64,000 nucleotides of DNA from Candidatus Hydrogenedentota bacterium (lineage in GTDB: Bacteria; Hydrogenedentota; Hydrogenedentia; Hydrogenedentales; JAEUWI01), in NCBI GenBank assembly GCA_034669905.1, contig JAXMOL010000038.1:1-64000 (forward strand), written 5' to 3'. Shown here piece by piece: positions 1 to 10,100 of this stretch. The notes beneath the pieces are model-generated. The model had not been told where the DNA came from. It saw only the letters and a program-made list of their open reading frames with translations, and ran no database searches. Each line of letters begins with the position of its first letter. Within the stretch, counting starts at the first letter, position 1. The position numbers were made by a program, and so were the translations under genes.

Positions 1-120
1 CCGCCGCCGCCGAAGCCGCCGCTGCCGCCGCCGCCGAAGCCGCCGCTGCCGCCGCCGCCGAAGCCGCCGCTGCCGCCGCCGCCGAAGCCGCCGCTGCTGC
101 CACCGCCGAAGCCACCGCTG
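1..120 (-). repeat. 24-bp coding tandem repeat encoding (GSGGFGGG)n
   Basis: GAA triplets at 12, 36, 60, 84 and 108 give a period of 24; at least 5 copies, running off the window edge. Confidence 0.9.
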
Positions 121-1544
121 CCACCGCTGTTACCGCCACCAAATCCGCCCTGGCCACCGCCACCCTGGCTGCTCAGACCGCCGCCACCGAGGGAGCCGAG
201 TACGATTTTGAAAAGGGTCTCGGCGCCTGCGTTGCGCAATTCGTAGTAACGGGTTTCTACATCTTCAAAGGATTCCCGCTGAATAATCGTCGGCTTACTG
301 ATAAAAAGAAAGCCCGGTTCAATCGAGTAGGAAAGCCCCAGGGGACGGAGAATCGCCTTCAAGGCGTCGCCCAGTTCGGCATCCTTCAGATTGATGTAGG
401 GAATCATGCCGTCGCTCTTGGCACCATAGAAGTCGTTGACCGATTCAATGTTGAACTGGCTCTGACCCTGTCCAAGTGCACCACCACCAAAGGCACCGCC
501 GCCCAGACGCAATCCACGTCCATCGTCCTCATCGTCGTCACGACGACTGCCGGCACTACGACGTTGGGTCTGGCGCGGGAACGCACCGGGAGCTGCCCCA
601 AAGGCACCGGGGGCGCCGGGAGGGCCACCGAAAGCACCGGGAGCACCGGTGGTCGTCACGGCTTCCCGTTCGGGCTCGACCGCACGTTTGTCCAGGACGA
701 CGTTGATGTCAAAGCTGTCCTGAATGAATTCCGTGACGTCTTTGATGTGAATATCTTCGAATTCGATATTGACCGGGGAAAGGAGCACTTTCTCGATTTC
801 AGTGATTTCGCGCTCTTCTTCGTAGGTTTCTTCAATCTCGGGTACGCGGAAGACATACTGCTTAATACCCGTTGCGTCGGCACCTTCGGGCAGCTGCTTG
901 GACTGCTCAATGTAGCGACGGATTAATTCGCTGTCCTGCTCCACCTGACGAAGTTCATCCGTCATGGCTTCCTGGCTCTGACCCAGGCTCGCCTTGTGCA
1001 GGCCTTCTTTGGCCTCCATGTTATCGGGGTCAAGCTGGAGAACGTGCTTGTAGATCTCGACCGACTGGGTATAGTAGTGGTTTTCGAGATAGAGCTTGGC
1101 ATACTTCAGGTGTTCTTTCACCCGAAGCTGTTTGAGCTCTTCCGGAGAGAGGGAAGGAGTCTCTCCGCCGGCACCGATGGATTCCGGATCATAGGTTTCA
1201 AACACCGGAACCGAGCCAGGCTCGGAACCCACGGACTCCATCATGATCTTAGCGGCGCACTTCTCCAGGAACTGCTTTGCTTCTTCGTATTCCGGATTCA
1301 GTGCCAGCGCACGATTAAACTCCGTTTGCGCCTCGCGATAGCGATCATTCTTATAGAATGACACGCCTTTCCGATACGCTTCCTCCGCCGGTGTGGCGGC
1401 CTGAGCCAGAATAATACGCGAGTCGTTCGCTGCTTCTGTCGATTGACTGGGCTGTGACCCATGAGCAACCAGTGGCAGGATCAGCACCATGGATGACAGC
1501 ATCCAACGCCCTGCGTTGGCGCGCCGCAAATAGCCGTTCTTCAT
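1..1544 (-). CDS. Secretin N-terminal portion (PilQ/GspD-like), truncated at the window edge
   Basis: Not in the ORF track (no stop in the window). ATG at 1544 with AAGGAAG upstream and a signal-peptide-like start. Partial manual translation shows secretin N-domain-like segments (PVNIEFEDIHIKDVTEFIQDSFDINVVLD; INLKDAELGDALKAILRPLGLSYSIEPGFLFIS; ETRYYEL), then a Gly-rich tract. It occupies the pilQ position after pilMN/O/P-like genes. The beta-barrel is not visible. Confidence 0.72.
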   Translation of the reverse strand, partial: MKNGYLRRANAGRWMLSSMVLILPLVAHGSQPSQSTEAANDSRIILAQAATPAEEAYRKGVSFYKNDRYREAQTEFNRALALNPEYEEAKQFLEKCAAKIMMESVGSEPGSVPVFETYDPESIGAGGETPSLSPEELKQLRVKEHLKYAKLYLENHYYTQSVEIYKHVLQLDPDNMEAKEGLHKASLGQSQEAMTDELRQVEQDSELIRRYIEQSKQLPEGADATGIKQYVFRVPEIEETYEEEREITEIEKVLLSPVNIEFEDIHIKDVTEFIQDSFDINVVLDKRAVEPEREAVTTTGAPGAFGGPPGAPGAFGAAPGAFPRQTQRRSAGSRRDDDEDDGRGLRLGGGAFGGGALGQGQSQFNIESVNDFYGAKSDGMIPYINLKDAELGDALKAILRPLGLSYSIEPGFLFISKPTIIQRESFEDVETRYYELRNAGAETLFKIVLGSLGGGGLSSQGGGGQGGFGGGNSGGSGGFGGGSSGGFGGGGSGGFGGGGSGGFGGGGSGGFGGG

Positions 1545-1611
1545 TACCTTGTCTTCCTTCCGCTTTTTCTCAGCACTATACCGTAATGCGCTAATTTGTC
1601 GCAAGCACTGG

Positions 1612-2097
1612 TTACTTTTCGACACTGAGGACAACTGTCTTTCCAAAACGTTCTGCAAACACGGTTGCCGTCTGGCCAACCGGATCAATTTTTTGTAGTT
1701 CAAACTCTTCAAAGCTGTCGCCCTCGTCGTACCACTTGGACGACTTCGTCTTCAGGCGGGCGCGCCATTGCCCCGGTGCTCCCTCCTTGATAGCCAATAG
1801 TTTGATGCCGGCCTCCTCGCCGGTAAGTCTTCCCCGCGGATCGATTTCGGCATCGGAATAGTATGAAAAGGGGTTGCGCTGCGTCAGGGTCCGATAGGAA
1901 CCCGGCACATCCACCAACCGTGGCTCAGGCAGTTTGGCCACCGGCACCTCTCCCGGGCGCGTCGGCAGAACCGGATCCACCTGATCAGGAACAAAAATCT
2001 TGTAGACGTTGAACGCCAGAAAGCCCAGCAAGATCACGAGCACAATGCGCTCCTTGAAGAGCCAGAGCTTCTTAAAAAATTTCAGGATCTTATCCAA
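1612..2097 (-). CDS. PilP/GspC-HR-like bitopic membrane protein
   Basis: 161 aa: N-terminal TM, Pro-rich linker, RNPF motif and small beta domain (IKLLAI...WYDEGDSF). Lies between the pilO-like and secretin genes. Confidence 0.6.
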   Translation of the reverse strand: MDKILKFFKKLWLFKERIVLVILLGFLAFNVYKIFVPDQVDPVLPTRPGEVPVAKLPEPRLVDVPGSYRTLTQRNPFSYYSDAEIDPRGRLTGEEAGIKLLAIKEGAPGQWRARLKTKSSKWYDEGDSFEEFELQKIDPVGQTATVFAERFGKTVVLSVEK

Positions 2098-2154
2098 TGG
2101 TCACACCTGTTTTCGTAGGTTCAACATCACTAGGGGCCGACACGTGCGAACGCA

Positions 2155-3153
2155 TCAATTCGTATACAATACGGTGCGTTTGAACCATTTCCACGCCTTT
2201 CCAAAGGCGCCTGGCTCTTCCATCACCACCTCATCATCAATGGTGCTAAGACCGGGCCGCGCATTCAGGCCCGTGCTGCTGAAGGCCGTCTCGTAGCCCG
2301 CACCCGCGCTGCCACCACCGGCAGTTCCCGCCGGGTCAAAACCTTCTTCCTGCTTCGTACGCAGTAAATACATGTCCACCTGAAGTTGGGGCTCATACTG
2401 GGCAAGGATGTAGGGGTGGGACAGGCGCATCCCCTGAACACTGTAATACGTATCGGCCTGGCGCAGCGTCTCCAGAAACTCAACCAGATCCTTCGTCTCC
2501 ATTCGGAACGAGAGCTTCACGCGCGTATAGTCCACGCCCTTACCGATAAAACCAGAGTTACCCAGCTCTTCAATGCCGACCTGGTAAATACCCAGGGCGT
2601 TGGCATTCATCAACATCTCAATTGCTGAAATACCAAATTCCAGGCGCTCCAGCTGCTGATTCACCAACTCCGCATCAACATCCATTCCCTGCCACTGCTC
2701 GGAATAGGCCACTCCCAACATGGACTGCACCGTGCTTGGAAAGCCCTGGGGCATATTCTGATAGACGAGGGGACCATATTTCTTTTGGGCCTTCTCCCAC
2801 AGCTCCGTCACCATCTTGCGGCTCTCATCACCATACCAGAACTGGAGGATGAACACATCTTCCGGAGGTTTTTCGTGAATGCGCCAGTCGTTGTCCGTAA
2901 AAAACGAGACACGCTGTGCGATGGCCTCACGCCAGGCCTCCACTTTCCCGTTGTGATCCGTGATCACATCCGCGGGGGAAGCGTTGCCAAAAGTCGTTTT
3001 CAGCTTGGCTTCCGTGGCCTGCAGCGACGTGAGCAGCGCCTGGTGCTGCGCATAGCGCTCCAGCTTGGCGGCGAAATAGAATTGATACACGGCAAACACA
3101 CCGGCAAATAAGGCCAGCAAGGCGCCTATGTAGATTACGCGTTCTTTAGTCAT
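2155..3153 (-). CDS. PilO-like alignment-complex protein
   Basis: Start reassigned to MTKERVIYIG (3153), overlapping the upstream stop. N-terminal TM, coiled coil and ferredoxin-like end (VKLSFRMETKDLVEFLETLRQ). Confidence 0.65.
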   Translation of the reverse strand: MTKERVIYIGALLALFAGVFAVYQFYFAAKLERYAQHQALLTSLQATEAKLKTTFGNASPADVITDHNGKVEAWREAIAQRVSFFTDNDWRIHEKPPEDVFILQFWYGDESRKMVTELWEKAQKKYGPLVYQNMPQGFPSTVQSMLGVAYSEQWQGMDVDAELVNQQLERLEFGISAIEMLMNANALGIYQVGIEELGNSGFIGKGVDYTRVKLSFRMETKDLVEFLETLRQADTYYSVQGMRLSHPYILAQYEPQLQVDMYLLRTKQEEGFDPAGTAGGGSAGAGYETAFSSTGLNARPGLSTIDDEVVMEEPGAFGKAWKWFKRTVLYTN

Positions 3154-5371
3154 CGTCTCTCCCTCTGCGGCGGCGGCTGCGACGGTCATCATCATCGTCG
3201 ACACTGGCGCGGGTAGGCGTCGGTGCGACCGCAGCTTTGGGTTTCGCCTCGTAGAACGGGCCATCAAATTCGATGTTCACCACGAAGGAATACACACTGT
3301 TTTCCTCCGTCGGTGTATAGCCAGCGGTACGCGCACCAAAGCCACCCCCAGCATCCGTCCAGGCCTCGTTCAAGATGGAACGATCCACCCGCAATACACT
3401 CGCTTCGCTGAAATGAACTTCCTTCGCACGAAGCGGATCGTTGCTCGCCTGGGTCCGTTCCAATTCCTTCAGCCGCTCCACAAAGTCCTGCACAATGGCA
3501 CCCGACTTGGCGAAGCCTATCACCCGAAGGCCATTGGGCCGGGGAAAGCTGTCCTGGTCCGCATTCAGACCACCTCCCCGACGGCTTCCGCTACGACGTC
3601 GACCGCGACCCCGGTCATCTTCATCCTCGTCGTCACGCATGCCACCGAGCGACAGGGAGCCGGAGCCAAAATTGCTCCCCGTTCCGGAGAGCGAGGGAAA
3701 TCCGGTACTCTTGACCGTGTCCTGGATTTCGGCCGGACCGGCAGCACCCGGAGCACCGCCCGGCAAGCCAATACCCTGATTAAAATTCATACCACCAAAC
3801 AGACCGCCCCGGGGCTCATCATCTCCACCTCCGCGGCGAACGGGAGCTCCGGCACCGCCCTGAGGGGCGATTTCGCCAATGGTGGTGGTCTCAATGGCAC
3901 TAATCCACATCTTCGCAGGCCGCGCATCATTGACAAACGCAAGCTCTTCCAGCCAGAACTGGCGGAATCTCCGCTCGTTGCTCAGGGCCTCGACCTTATT
4001 TTCCAAGCCATTGATGATTCCATTGACCTTCTGGAACTCGCGCAGCTGGGTGGACGCCGGCAAATCGGGACTGTCCATCCGCACTGCCATGGCCAGTTCC
4101 GGGTCATATTGGCGTATCTCTTCCTGTACCCGCTTGATATCGGCCAGGACCCGCTTATCTTCTTCCGCTTTCTGCGGGATAATACAGGCCATCGTCAGGG
4201 CGAGGGAGGCAATCGAAAGGCCCCAGTAAAAGGCGGCTTCCCGGCGGCGCGTGGCCTCCAGGACCCGTGGGGGAATGAGGTTAATTTCGATGGCCACCTG
4301 CTGCTGACAGCGCAGGGCCATGCCCAGTGCCACGCAGGCCTGCTCCGGCTGGTCGCTGACCTGCTGTCCGCCAGGCGCTACCGCCAGACCCGCCAGGGGC
4401 TGGGCTATCCGCACTTCCAGGCCCAATTGGCGCTGCATGTAGGGGATAATATTGCGCAGACAGGCACCACCACCACAGAGGATGACGCGGTTGACCTGAC
4501 CACCACCCGGGAGGGAACGGAAATAGGCAAAGGAACGAACGATTTCGGAAACCATCCGCTGGAGCACGTTGCCGATGATTTCGCCCCCCTGACCATCGGT
4601 CTGGGGGTCACCGGTGGGCGCAAAGCCCCGCTCCCGTTTGATGCGCTCGGCATCTGAGAAATTCTGCTTGAAGGCCGACCCGATGGCGAGCGTAATGTCA
4701 TTGCCGCCAATGTTCAGCGGACGCGTGAAGCGAAACTGCCCCTCGCGCTCAATCACGATGTCGGTCGTCGCGGCACCCATATCAATAAGGGCCACGCATT
4801 CACCGGAATCACCAAACTCGCCCGTGTGCTTGAGCCAGTTATAGGCCGCCAGGGGGTTAACGTCCGCCACGTCGATCGTGCGGCGCGACGATTGCAACAC
4901 CTCAACCAGCTTGTCCACCACGTCCACTTTGATGGCCGCCATCATGACATCGTAGCCGCCCGCTTCCGTGCGACCAAGAATCTGATAGTCCATCGCAATC
5001 TGATCCAGCGAGAAGGGAATCTGCTGCTGAATCTCGTAGCGCACAATCTGGCTGACTTTATATTCCGGCACCGGGGGTAAGGCACGGCTGCGGGTAAAGA
5101 CAGATTGACCCGGAACGCCAAATATCGCCTTACGCGTCCGAACCTTGGATTCCTTTAGGAGATCCGCCAGGGCCTTTTCACGTATAGCTTTGCGCTCCGA
5201 CTCATCCAATGCAGGATCGGAGTTAAATTCCCGCTGGTAATACTTTACCAGCTGGTGACCTGTCTTGGTCGGTGCCAGTTCCGCCAAGCGAATGGCGCTC
5301 GCACCAATATCCAAGACCAGTCGTTTTTTAGGTCCGCCAGTCATTCCAGCCATCGTATACTTTGTTCCCAT
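3146..5371 (-). CDS. pilM: Fused PilM-PilN type IV pilus assembly protein
   Basis: Actin-like PilM domain (LDIGASAIRLAEL, LIDMGAATTDI, IGGNDIT, ILCGGGA), followed in frame by the PilN INLIP motif, TM, coiled coil and PilN-like domain. Confidence 0.9.
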   Translation of the reverse strand: MGTKYTMAGMTGGPKKRLVLDIGASAIRLAELAPTKTGHQLVKYYQREFNSDPALDESERKAIREKALADLLKESKVRTRKAIFGVPGQSVFTRSRALPPVPEYKVSQIVRYEIQQQIPFSLDQIAMDYQILGRTEAGGYDVMMAAIKVDVVDKLVEVLQSSRRTIDVADVNPLAAYNWLKHTGEFGDSGECVALIDMGAATTDIVIEREGQFRFTRPLNIGGNDITLAIGSAFKQNFSDAERIKRERGFAPTGDPQTDGQGGEIIGNVLQRMVSEIVRSFAYFRSLPGGGQVNRVILCGGGACLRNIIPYMQRQLGLEVRIAQPLAGLAVAPGGQQVSDQPEQACVALGMALRCQQQVAIEINLIPPRVLEATRRREAAFYWGLSIASLALTMACIIPQKAEEDKRVLADIKRVQEEIRQYDPELAMAVRMDSPDLPASTQLREFQKVNGIINGLENKVEALSNERRFRQFWLEELAFVNDARPAKMWISAIETTTIGEIAPQGGAGAPVRRGGGDDEPRGGLFGGMNFNQGIGLPGGAPGAAGPAEIQDTVKSTGFPSLSGTGSNFGSGSLSLGGMRDDEDEDDRGRGRRRSGSRRGGGLNADQDSFPRPNGLRVIGFAKSGAIVQDFVERLKELERTQASNDPLRAKEVHFSEASVLRVDRSILNEAWTDAGGGFGARTAGYTPTEENSVYSFVVNIEFDGPFYEAKPKAAVAPTPTRASVDDDDDRRSRRRRGRDDD

Positions 5372-5501
5372 ACCCCCTCAGACGCAGATAGCTTTGCCGG
5401 ACGACAAAGCCCTGTTTCCACGCTGAATTGGTCCGTTACGTTGCGAAGGTAAATAGTGTTAATATGCCTATTTCCCGATATAGCGTAAACCCTTGTGCGT
5501 T

Positions 5502-5530
5502 ATTGTAGTATACACTTAAATTCTTGTCAA
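5502..5530 (-). promoter_or_regulatory. Sigma-70-type promoter for the pilMN-O-P-secretin genes
   Basis: Minus strand TTGACA-17 nt-TACAAT, about 130 bp upstream of pilM. Confidence 0.75.
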
Positions 5531-5557
5531 GGTTCTGTTCCAGTTGACAAGAATTTA
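5517..5557. repeat. Perfect 14-bp inverted repeat overlapping the -35 box
   Basis: TAAATTCTTGTCAA-N13-TTGACAAGAATTTA. Confidence 0.85.
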
Positions 5558-5570
5558 CCCCTCCCAACCC

Positions 5571-6980
5571 TTAGCGCACATCCCGTGCACAGCGGAAACC
5601 GTAGTCATTTCGTCCGGCAGATACCCGATCATAGTGGCGCTTGGCCGTCCGTACATCAAAGCGACCCGAGCGGAAACTACCCCCCCGAAGCACCCGAAAC
5701 ACTTGACCATAGTCTTTTGTCACCACTTTATTGCCCTCATAGGCCTGATACCAGTCCTGAGTCCATTCATAGACGTTGCCTGCCATGTCTACACACCCAT
5801 AGGGGGACAGACCCTCAATATAGGCACCCCGCTCGGCGGGCGCGTTTTCGTCGGCATCCTCCGAATTACACAAGGCCGGGTCATAGGTGTTGCCCCAGGG
5901 AAACTCCAATCCCTGGCTCCCCCGTGCAGCCTTCTCCCACTCCATCTCCGTCGGCAACCGTTTCCCAACCGCCTGCGCATAGTCCACTGCCTGCGTCCAA
6001 GTCACCCCCACGACCGGATAATTATCCCAGCCACTGGGAAACTCATGCGCTGCAAAGACTTCCTTAAATTCTGCGTTAGTAACCTCGTATTTGTCAATGT
6101 AAAAAGCGGGGAGGGTAATCTCGACCTCGGGCTGCTCATCCGGAGCACGCTTTGACCCCCGTATAAAGGGGCCTTCGGGCACGAATACCATACCGGCCGG
6201 CACGTCGCCCGCCTTCATCTCCAGGGCCAATCGGAGGGACTCATTGGGAGCCAGGGTGATTTTTTCGCCCGTCATGATGTGTCCCCGGGTGTGGACATCG
6301 ACAATATAGTTCCCGGGCAGCAGCGTAAATTCGGTCGGTGTCAGCTTCGCCTGCTTCGCGCCGTTGAGCCAGATATCGGCCCCCGTCGGGCGCGAGGTCA
6401 CCAGCAGTTTCGCTTCTTGGGGTTTCAGGGCCACCGTCGTGTTCAGGCCATATTGGTGGTCGGCCTTCACGTCAATCACATCCGATTTATACGCATAAAA
6501 GTCGTCCAGCCGCACCTCATACTGGTGCTCCCCGATGCGCACCGGGTGTTTCTGCACCGGCGTTTTCCCGATTCGGGTCTCCCCGTCGAGGATCACATCG
6601 GCACCGGGCGGCGTCGAGGTCACGGTCAGATAGCCCACCAGGGGTTCCATTTCGATCACAAACGACTGGGGCGGGCCCTCTTCAATGCGGATGACATCTT
6701 CCGTATCGCGGTAGTTTTCCTGCTTCAGCAAGACATCCAGCGATCCGGGGGGCAGACCACGGAGGGTCGCCGGGGTGGTTTTTTCAATACCGCCCGGCAA
6801 AAGGAGGGTCGCACCCGATTCGGGCGCGCTGTCGATGGTCACCACCGTCTCCGGCACCGGGTCGGCACAACCGCCAAGCCAGGCCAGAACAAGCAGCGGA
6901 CAGCAAAGGAGACGCGCACAGCGGGCCCCTGGGCCCACGTACCTGCCTCGGTCTCCCTTCGACACCTCAAGCCCCGGCAT
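5571..6980 (-). CDS. PEGA-domain plus FGE-sulfatase (C-lectin fold) probable lipoprotein
   Basis: ATG at 6980 with a GGAG RBS; lipobox-like LGGC; PEGA repeats (VTSTPPGADV, VTSRPTGADI); FGE motifs (IDKYEVTN, RLPTEMEWEKAARG, DMAGNVYEW, RGGSF, GFRC). Lacks the catalytic Cys pair of true FGE. Confidence 0.88.
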   Translation of the reverse strand: MPGLEVSKGDRGRYVGPGARCARLLCCPLLVLAWLGGCADPVPETVVTIDSAPESGATLLLPGGIEKTTPATLRGLPPGSLDVLLKQENYRDTEDVIRIEEGPPQSFVIEMEPLVGYLTVTSTPPGADVILDGETRIGKTPVQKHPVRIGEHQYEVRLDDFYAYKSDVIDVKADHQYGLNTTVALKPQEAKLLVTSRPTGADIWLNGAKQAKLTPTEFTLLPGNYIVDVHTRGHIMTGEKITLAPNESLRLALEMKAGDVPAGMVFVPEGPFIRGSKRAPDEQPEVEITLPAFYIDKYEVTNAEFKEVFAAHEFPSGWDNYPVVGVTWTQAVDYAQAVGKRLPTEMEWEKAARGSQGLEFPWGNTYDPALCNSEDADENAPAERGAYIEGLSPYGCVDMAGNVYEWTQDWYQAYEGNKVVTKDYGQVFRVLRGGSFRSGRFDVRTAKRHYDRVSAGRNDYGFRCARDVR

Positions 6981-7108
6981 GTCAGCGACTCCAATTCTAC
7001 TGCCTCCCAGGCAGGGTTTCCGCACGTGCCCAATCCCCGTCACGTGCAACGGCCCTCGCGTTATAGCGGATTCATTATAGACAAACGGGGTGAAAATTAC
7101 ATCCCCCC

Positions 7109-10100
7109 CTATTCTCGTTTAAAGATCTTGATGGCCTGCTCAGGCGCTTTGCTGCCGCCGTCGCCGGCCGTGACCGTAAACTCCACCGTCGCCGGCGTCT
7201 GATCAAAGGCGTAGATCGGGTCACCCAGGCCATCAAAGGTCGGGTTGCCGAAATCATCCACCACGTGCACCCCGGCGGAAACGCGCAGGACATATTTCAC
7301 GTCCCGCCGCCGGAAGCCGGGCTCCGCATCGGGATCACCGTCATCGCCCAGCCGATCCTGCTCAGGACCGGCACCGCCATAACAGTCCGCCTGGCCCAGA
7401 TTCAGGAAGGCCACGGGCGTGGAGGGCAAGGAGAACAAATCCTCCGGAATCGTGAGCACATGCTCGGTAGCAGATGCATTAGGAGCCGTGATGCCCTGGG
7501 CCACCTGACGCCCGTCTTCCAGCAATTCAAACCAGACCTGCGGCAAGTTGCCCGCATCACCACTGGGCAGGCCCAGGCTGATCGTAAAGCGCCCCTCTAC
7601 CCGCTGACAGAATTCTTCCGGCAGGGGAATCCGGGAGACCGCACCAAAAATGCGCTCATCCCCATCCACGGTATTGTTCGCGCCACCGGCCGTGTTGTTA
7701 TGCCAGAACAAGGGCTCCACCCGGGTATCCAGACCCAGCGATGCACTCACACCGGGGTTAATCCACCGGTTGTAGGCGACCTCCACCCCCGTCGCGAAGT
7801 CATACAAGTCGTCTACACTTGCCAAATTACCCGGCCCCGGCACGAATTGCTGCACGTTACCGGCTTCGTCGTACCCATAGACGGCCAGGAGGAATTCATC
7901 CCCGGCACCACCGGCATTGTTGATAAGGTCCCGCAGGGTCGCGGTGTCGTTAAAGTAGGTGGACAAACTGATGGTCGCATCGCGCAGGGGATTCAACCAG
8001 TTACTCCAGCCATCGGCGGAGCCATACGCACCCCCCGTCGCCGCGTCACTGGTCACATCAATCCAGGGCGTGGCCGCCACCCCGGGGGTCTGGGCCCGGT
8101 AGATGCGCCAACGGCCCGCGGGCGGACAGGGCAAGGGATCCGCCGGAGTTTGACCGCCACCGGACCGTTCTATGCCCCAGGTAAAGCGGGGCTCCGTGGT
8201 TTCGCGGCCGGAAGGACCACTCTTAATGCGGGCGAGAGCCCCGGGCGTAAGCGGGGGAGAACCTGCACCAAACTCATAGGCCGGGAACCACCACATGTGC
8301 AGGGGCTTGAGGGCAATATAGGCATCGCCCGAGGGATCCAGCGTGGCTTCGTTGCCCGCCCGATCCGTCACCCGGATATTGGCTACGGTGTGCCATTGCT
8401 GCAAGGGCCTTGTCGTATTGAAGGTGAGGCCACTGAAGGCCCAATCCACCACCAACTCGGTGCCCGTGGGGTTGGTATAGGTCACATCCAGCCCCACGCC
8501 GACCGCGCTGAATTCACTATTTTCCGACGCGTTGTTGCCCCACCAGGCCAGGCCGGGATAGTTTTCAAACTCGCGATACAACACATCATCATTGGCCGGA
8601 CCCGTCGTCGATCGCGTAATCGGCATGTTGTTGGTCTCAAAGCCGGAACCCGTATCCTGGAAGGTCACCCGCACCGTGTAGGACAGCCCCCCCGACAGCG
8701 CACTGAAGAAGATATTGGGATCCCCCGCCGTGCCATTGAGGTGGCCCGCACTGGCACCCACATCGCCCAGAAGCGCACCGGCACCCCACGCGGTGGCCGG
8801 GAACACGGCCGCACCCGACGGCGCGGGCCCGTCAAGCCCTTCCCCGTCGGCGGCCGGCGCAAGGTATTGGTCGGCCAGCAGGTCAAAGTCCGTCACGATA
8901 GTCGGCGGGAAGGTATCCAGACCAAAAGTCCGGCTTCCACCAAAGGGCACCGTCTCGGAAACGCCGCCCGTCGGCGTACCGTGCAAGGTAGGCACGTTGG
9001 GCGCGACCCCGCCACTGGTATCGAGGTAGAGCAGATAGTCGGTCTGATAATTGGCGGGCACACCTCCCCCAGAGGGGAAGGCCGTCATAAATTCATCGAG
9101 ATCAATCGGGATATCGAGATAGCCGTAGTTGCTGTCGATTCCACTCACCGTAATCAGATAGGGCCCCAGGAATTCAGACGTCACCGGCGTGCCCACCATC
9201 TCGATGAACATGACGGCACCCGCAAGGCTCACCCCGTCGGTGATCACTTCTACCGTGATGACCCCTTCGCCCACATAGGCGCGGTATTCATTCAGCTGGT
9301 AGACATAGCATTCCTTCCAGCCCGGCGTACCACCGCCATAGGCGGCCACTTCATCGGCACCCACGGTGAGATCGCCCGGATCCCGGGCAAGGTCCGTAAA
9401 GTCGCGGGCCGGTGACGGTGTCACCAGGGTCGCAGCTGCACCCGTGGTCTGCTGCTGTCCGGGCACGAACTCACCGGGAAAGCCCGCAGGCTCAAAGTCG
9501 GTCGCCGGATCCAAAACGACGCTGATAGGATTGGCATCCGTCACGCCTGCTGGCGCGGCCAGGGGATTTCCGGCCGCATCGGTGACCCAGTCCCCATCGA
9601 TGGCCAACGTCGTAGCCGTGCCCGACAGGCCGTTGGTGCCATCGTCACTGTCGTGAATAACCGTCGCCTCCACCTGGGCCAGGCCCGCCACGGCATTGAC
9701 CCCGAAACTGCCGTTGCTTAAGAGGGTGCACTGAATAATATCGAGGGAGCCGCCAATATCCAGCTTGGTGGCTTCTGCGCCACAGTTGGTAATAATCGAA
9801 GATTCCAACCGGACCTGGTTCACATCGACGCAGTCCACCCCGATGCCGCTGATATCTTTCACGAGACAACGTTCCATGGTGAACGAGGCATCGGCCATCA
9901 CCAGGACGCCCGTCGAGCCATCGGCAATCGTGAAGCCCTCGGCGTTGAATTCCACGCCCGTGTCGACCGTAATCACCGGACCACCGGCAAAGGCCACTTC
10001 AATGGTGTCGGGATTCACCTGGCTGGTACCGCGAATCGTCAGGCCATCGCGCGCCGCGTCTACCACCAGTCCGGCGGCCAGCGTGTAGGTGGCCGGCCCA

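Noticed and set aside
3154..3267. Longer ORF-track starts for the pilO-like gene (also the pilV-like, pilW-like, major pilin, DUF4340 and Cys-rich genes)
   Set aside because: They overlap neighbouring genes or lack an RBS; downstream starts fit the RBS and signal positions better.
5571..5700. FGE/C-lectin C-terminus as a diversity-generating retroelement target
   Set aside because: No template repeat or reverse transcriptase seen in the window; a remote one cannot be excluded.
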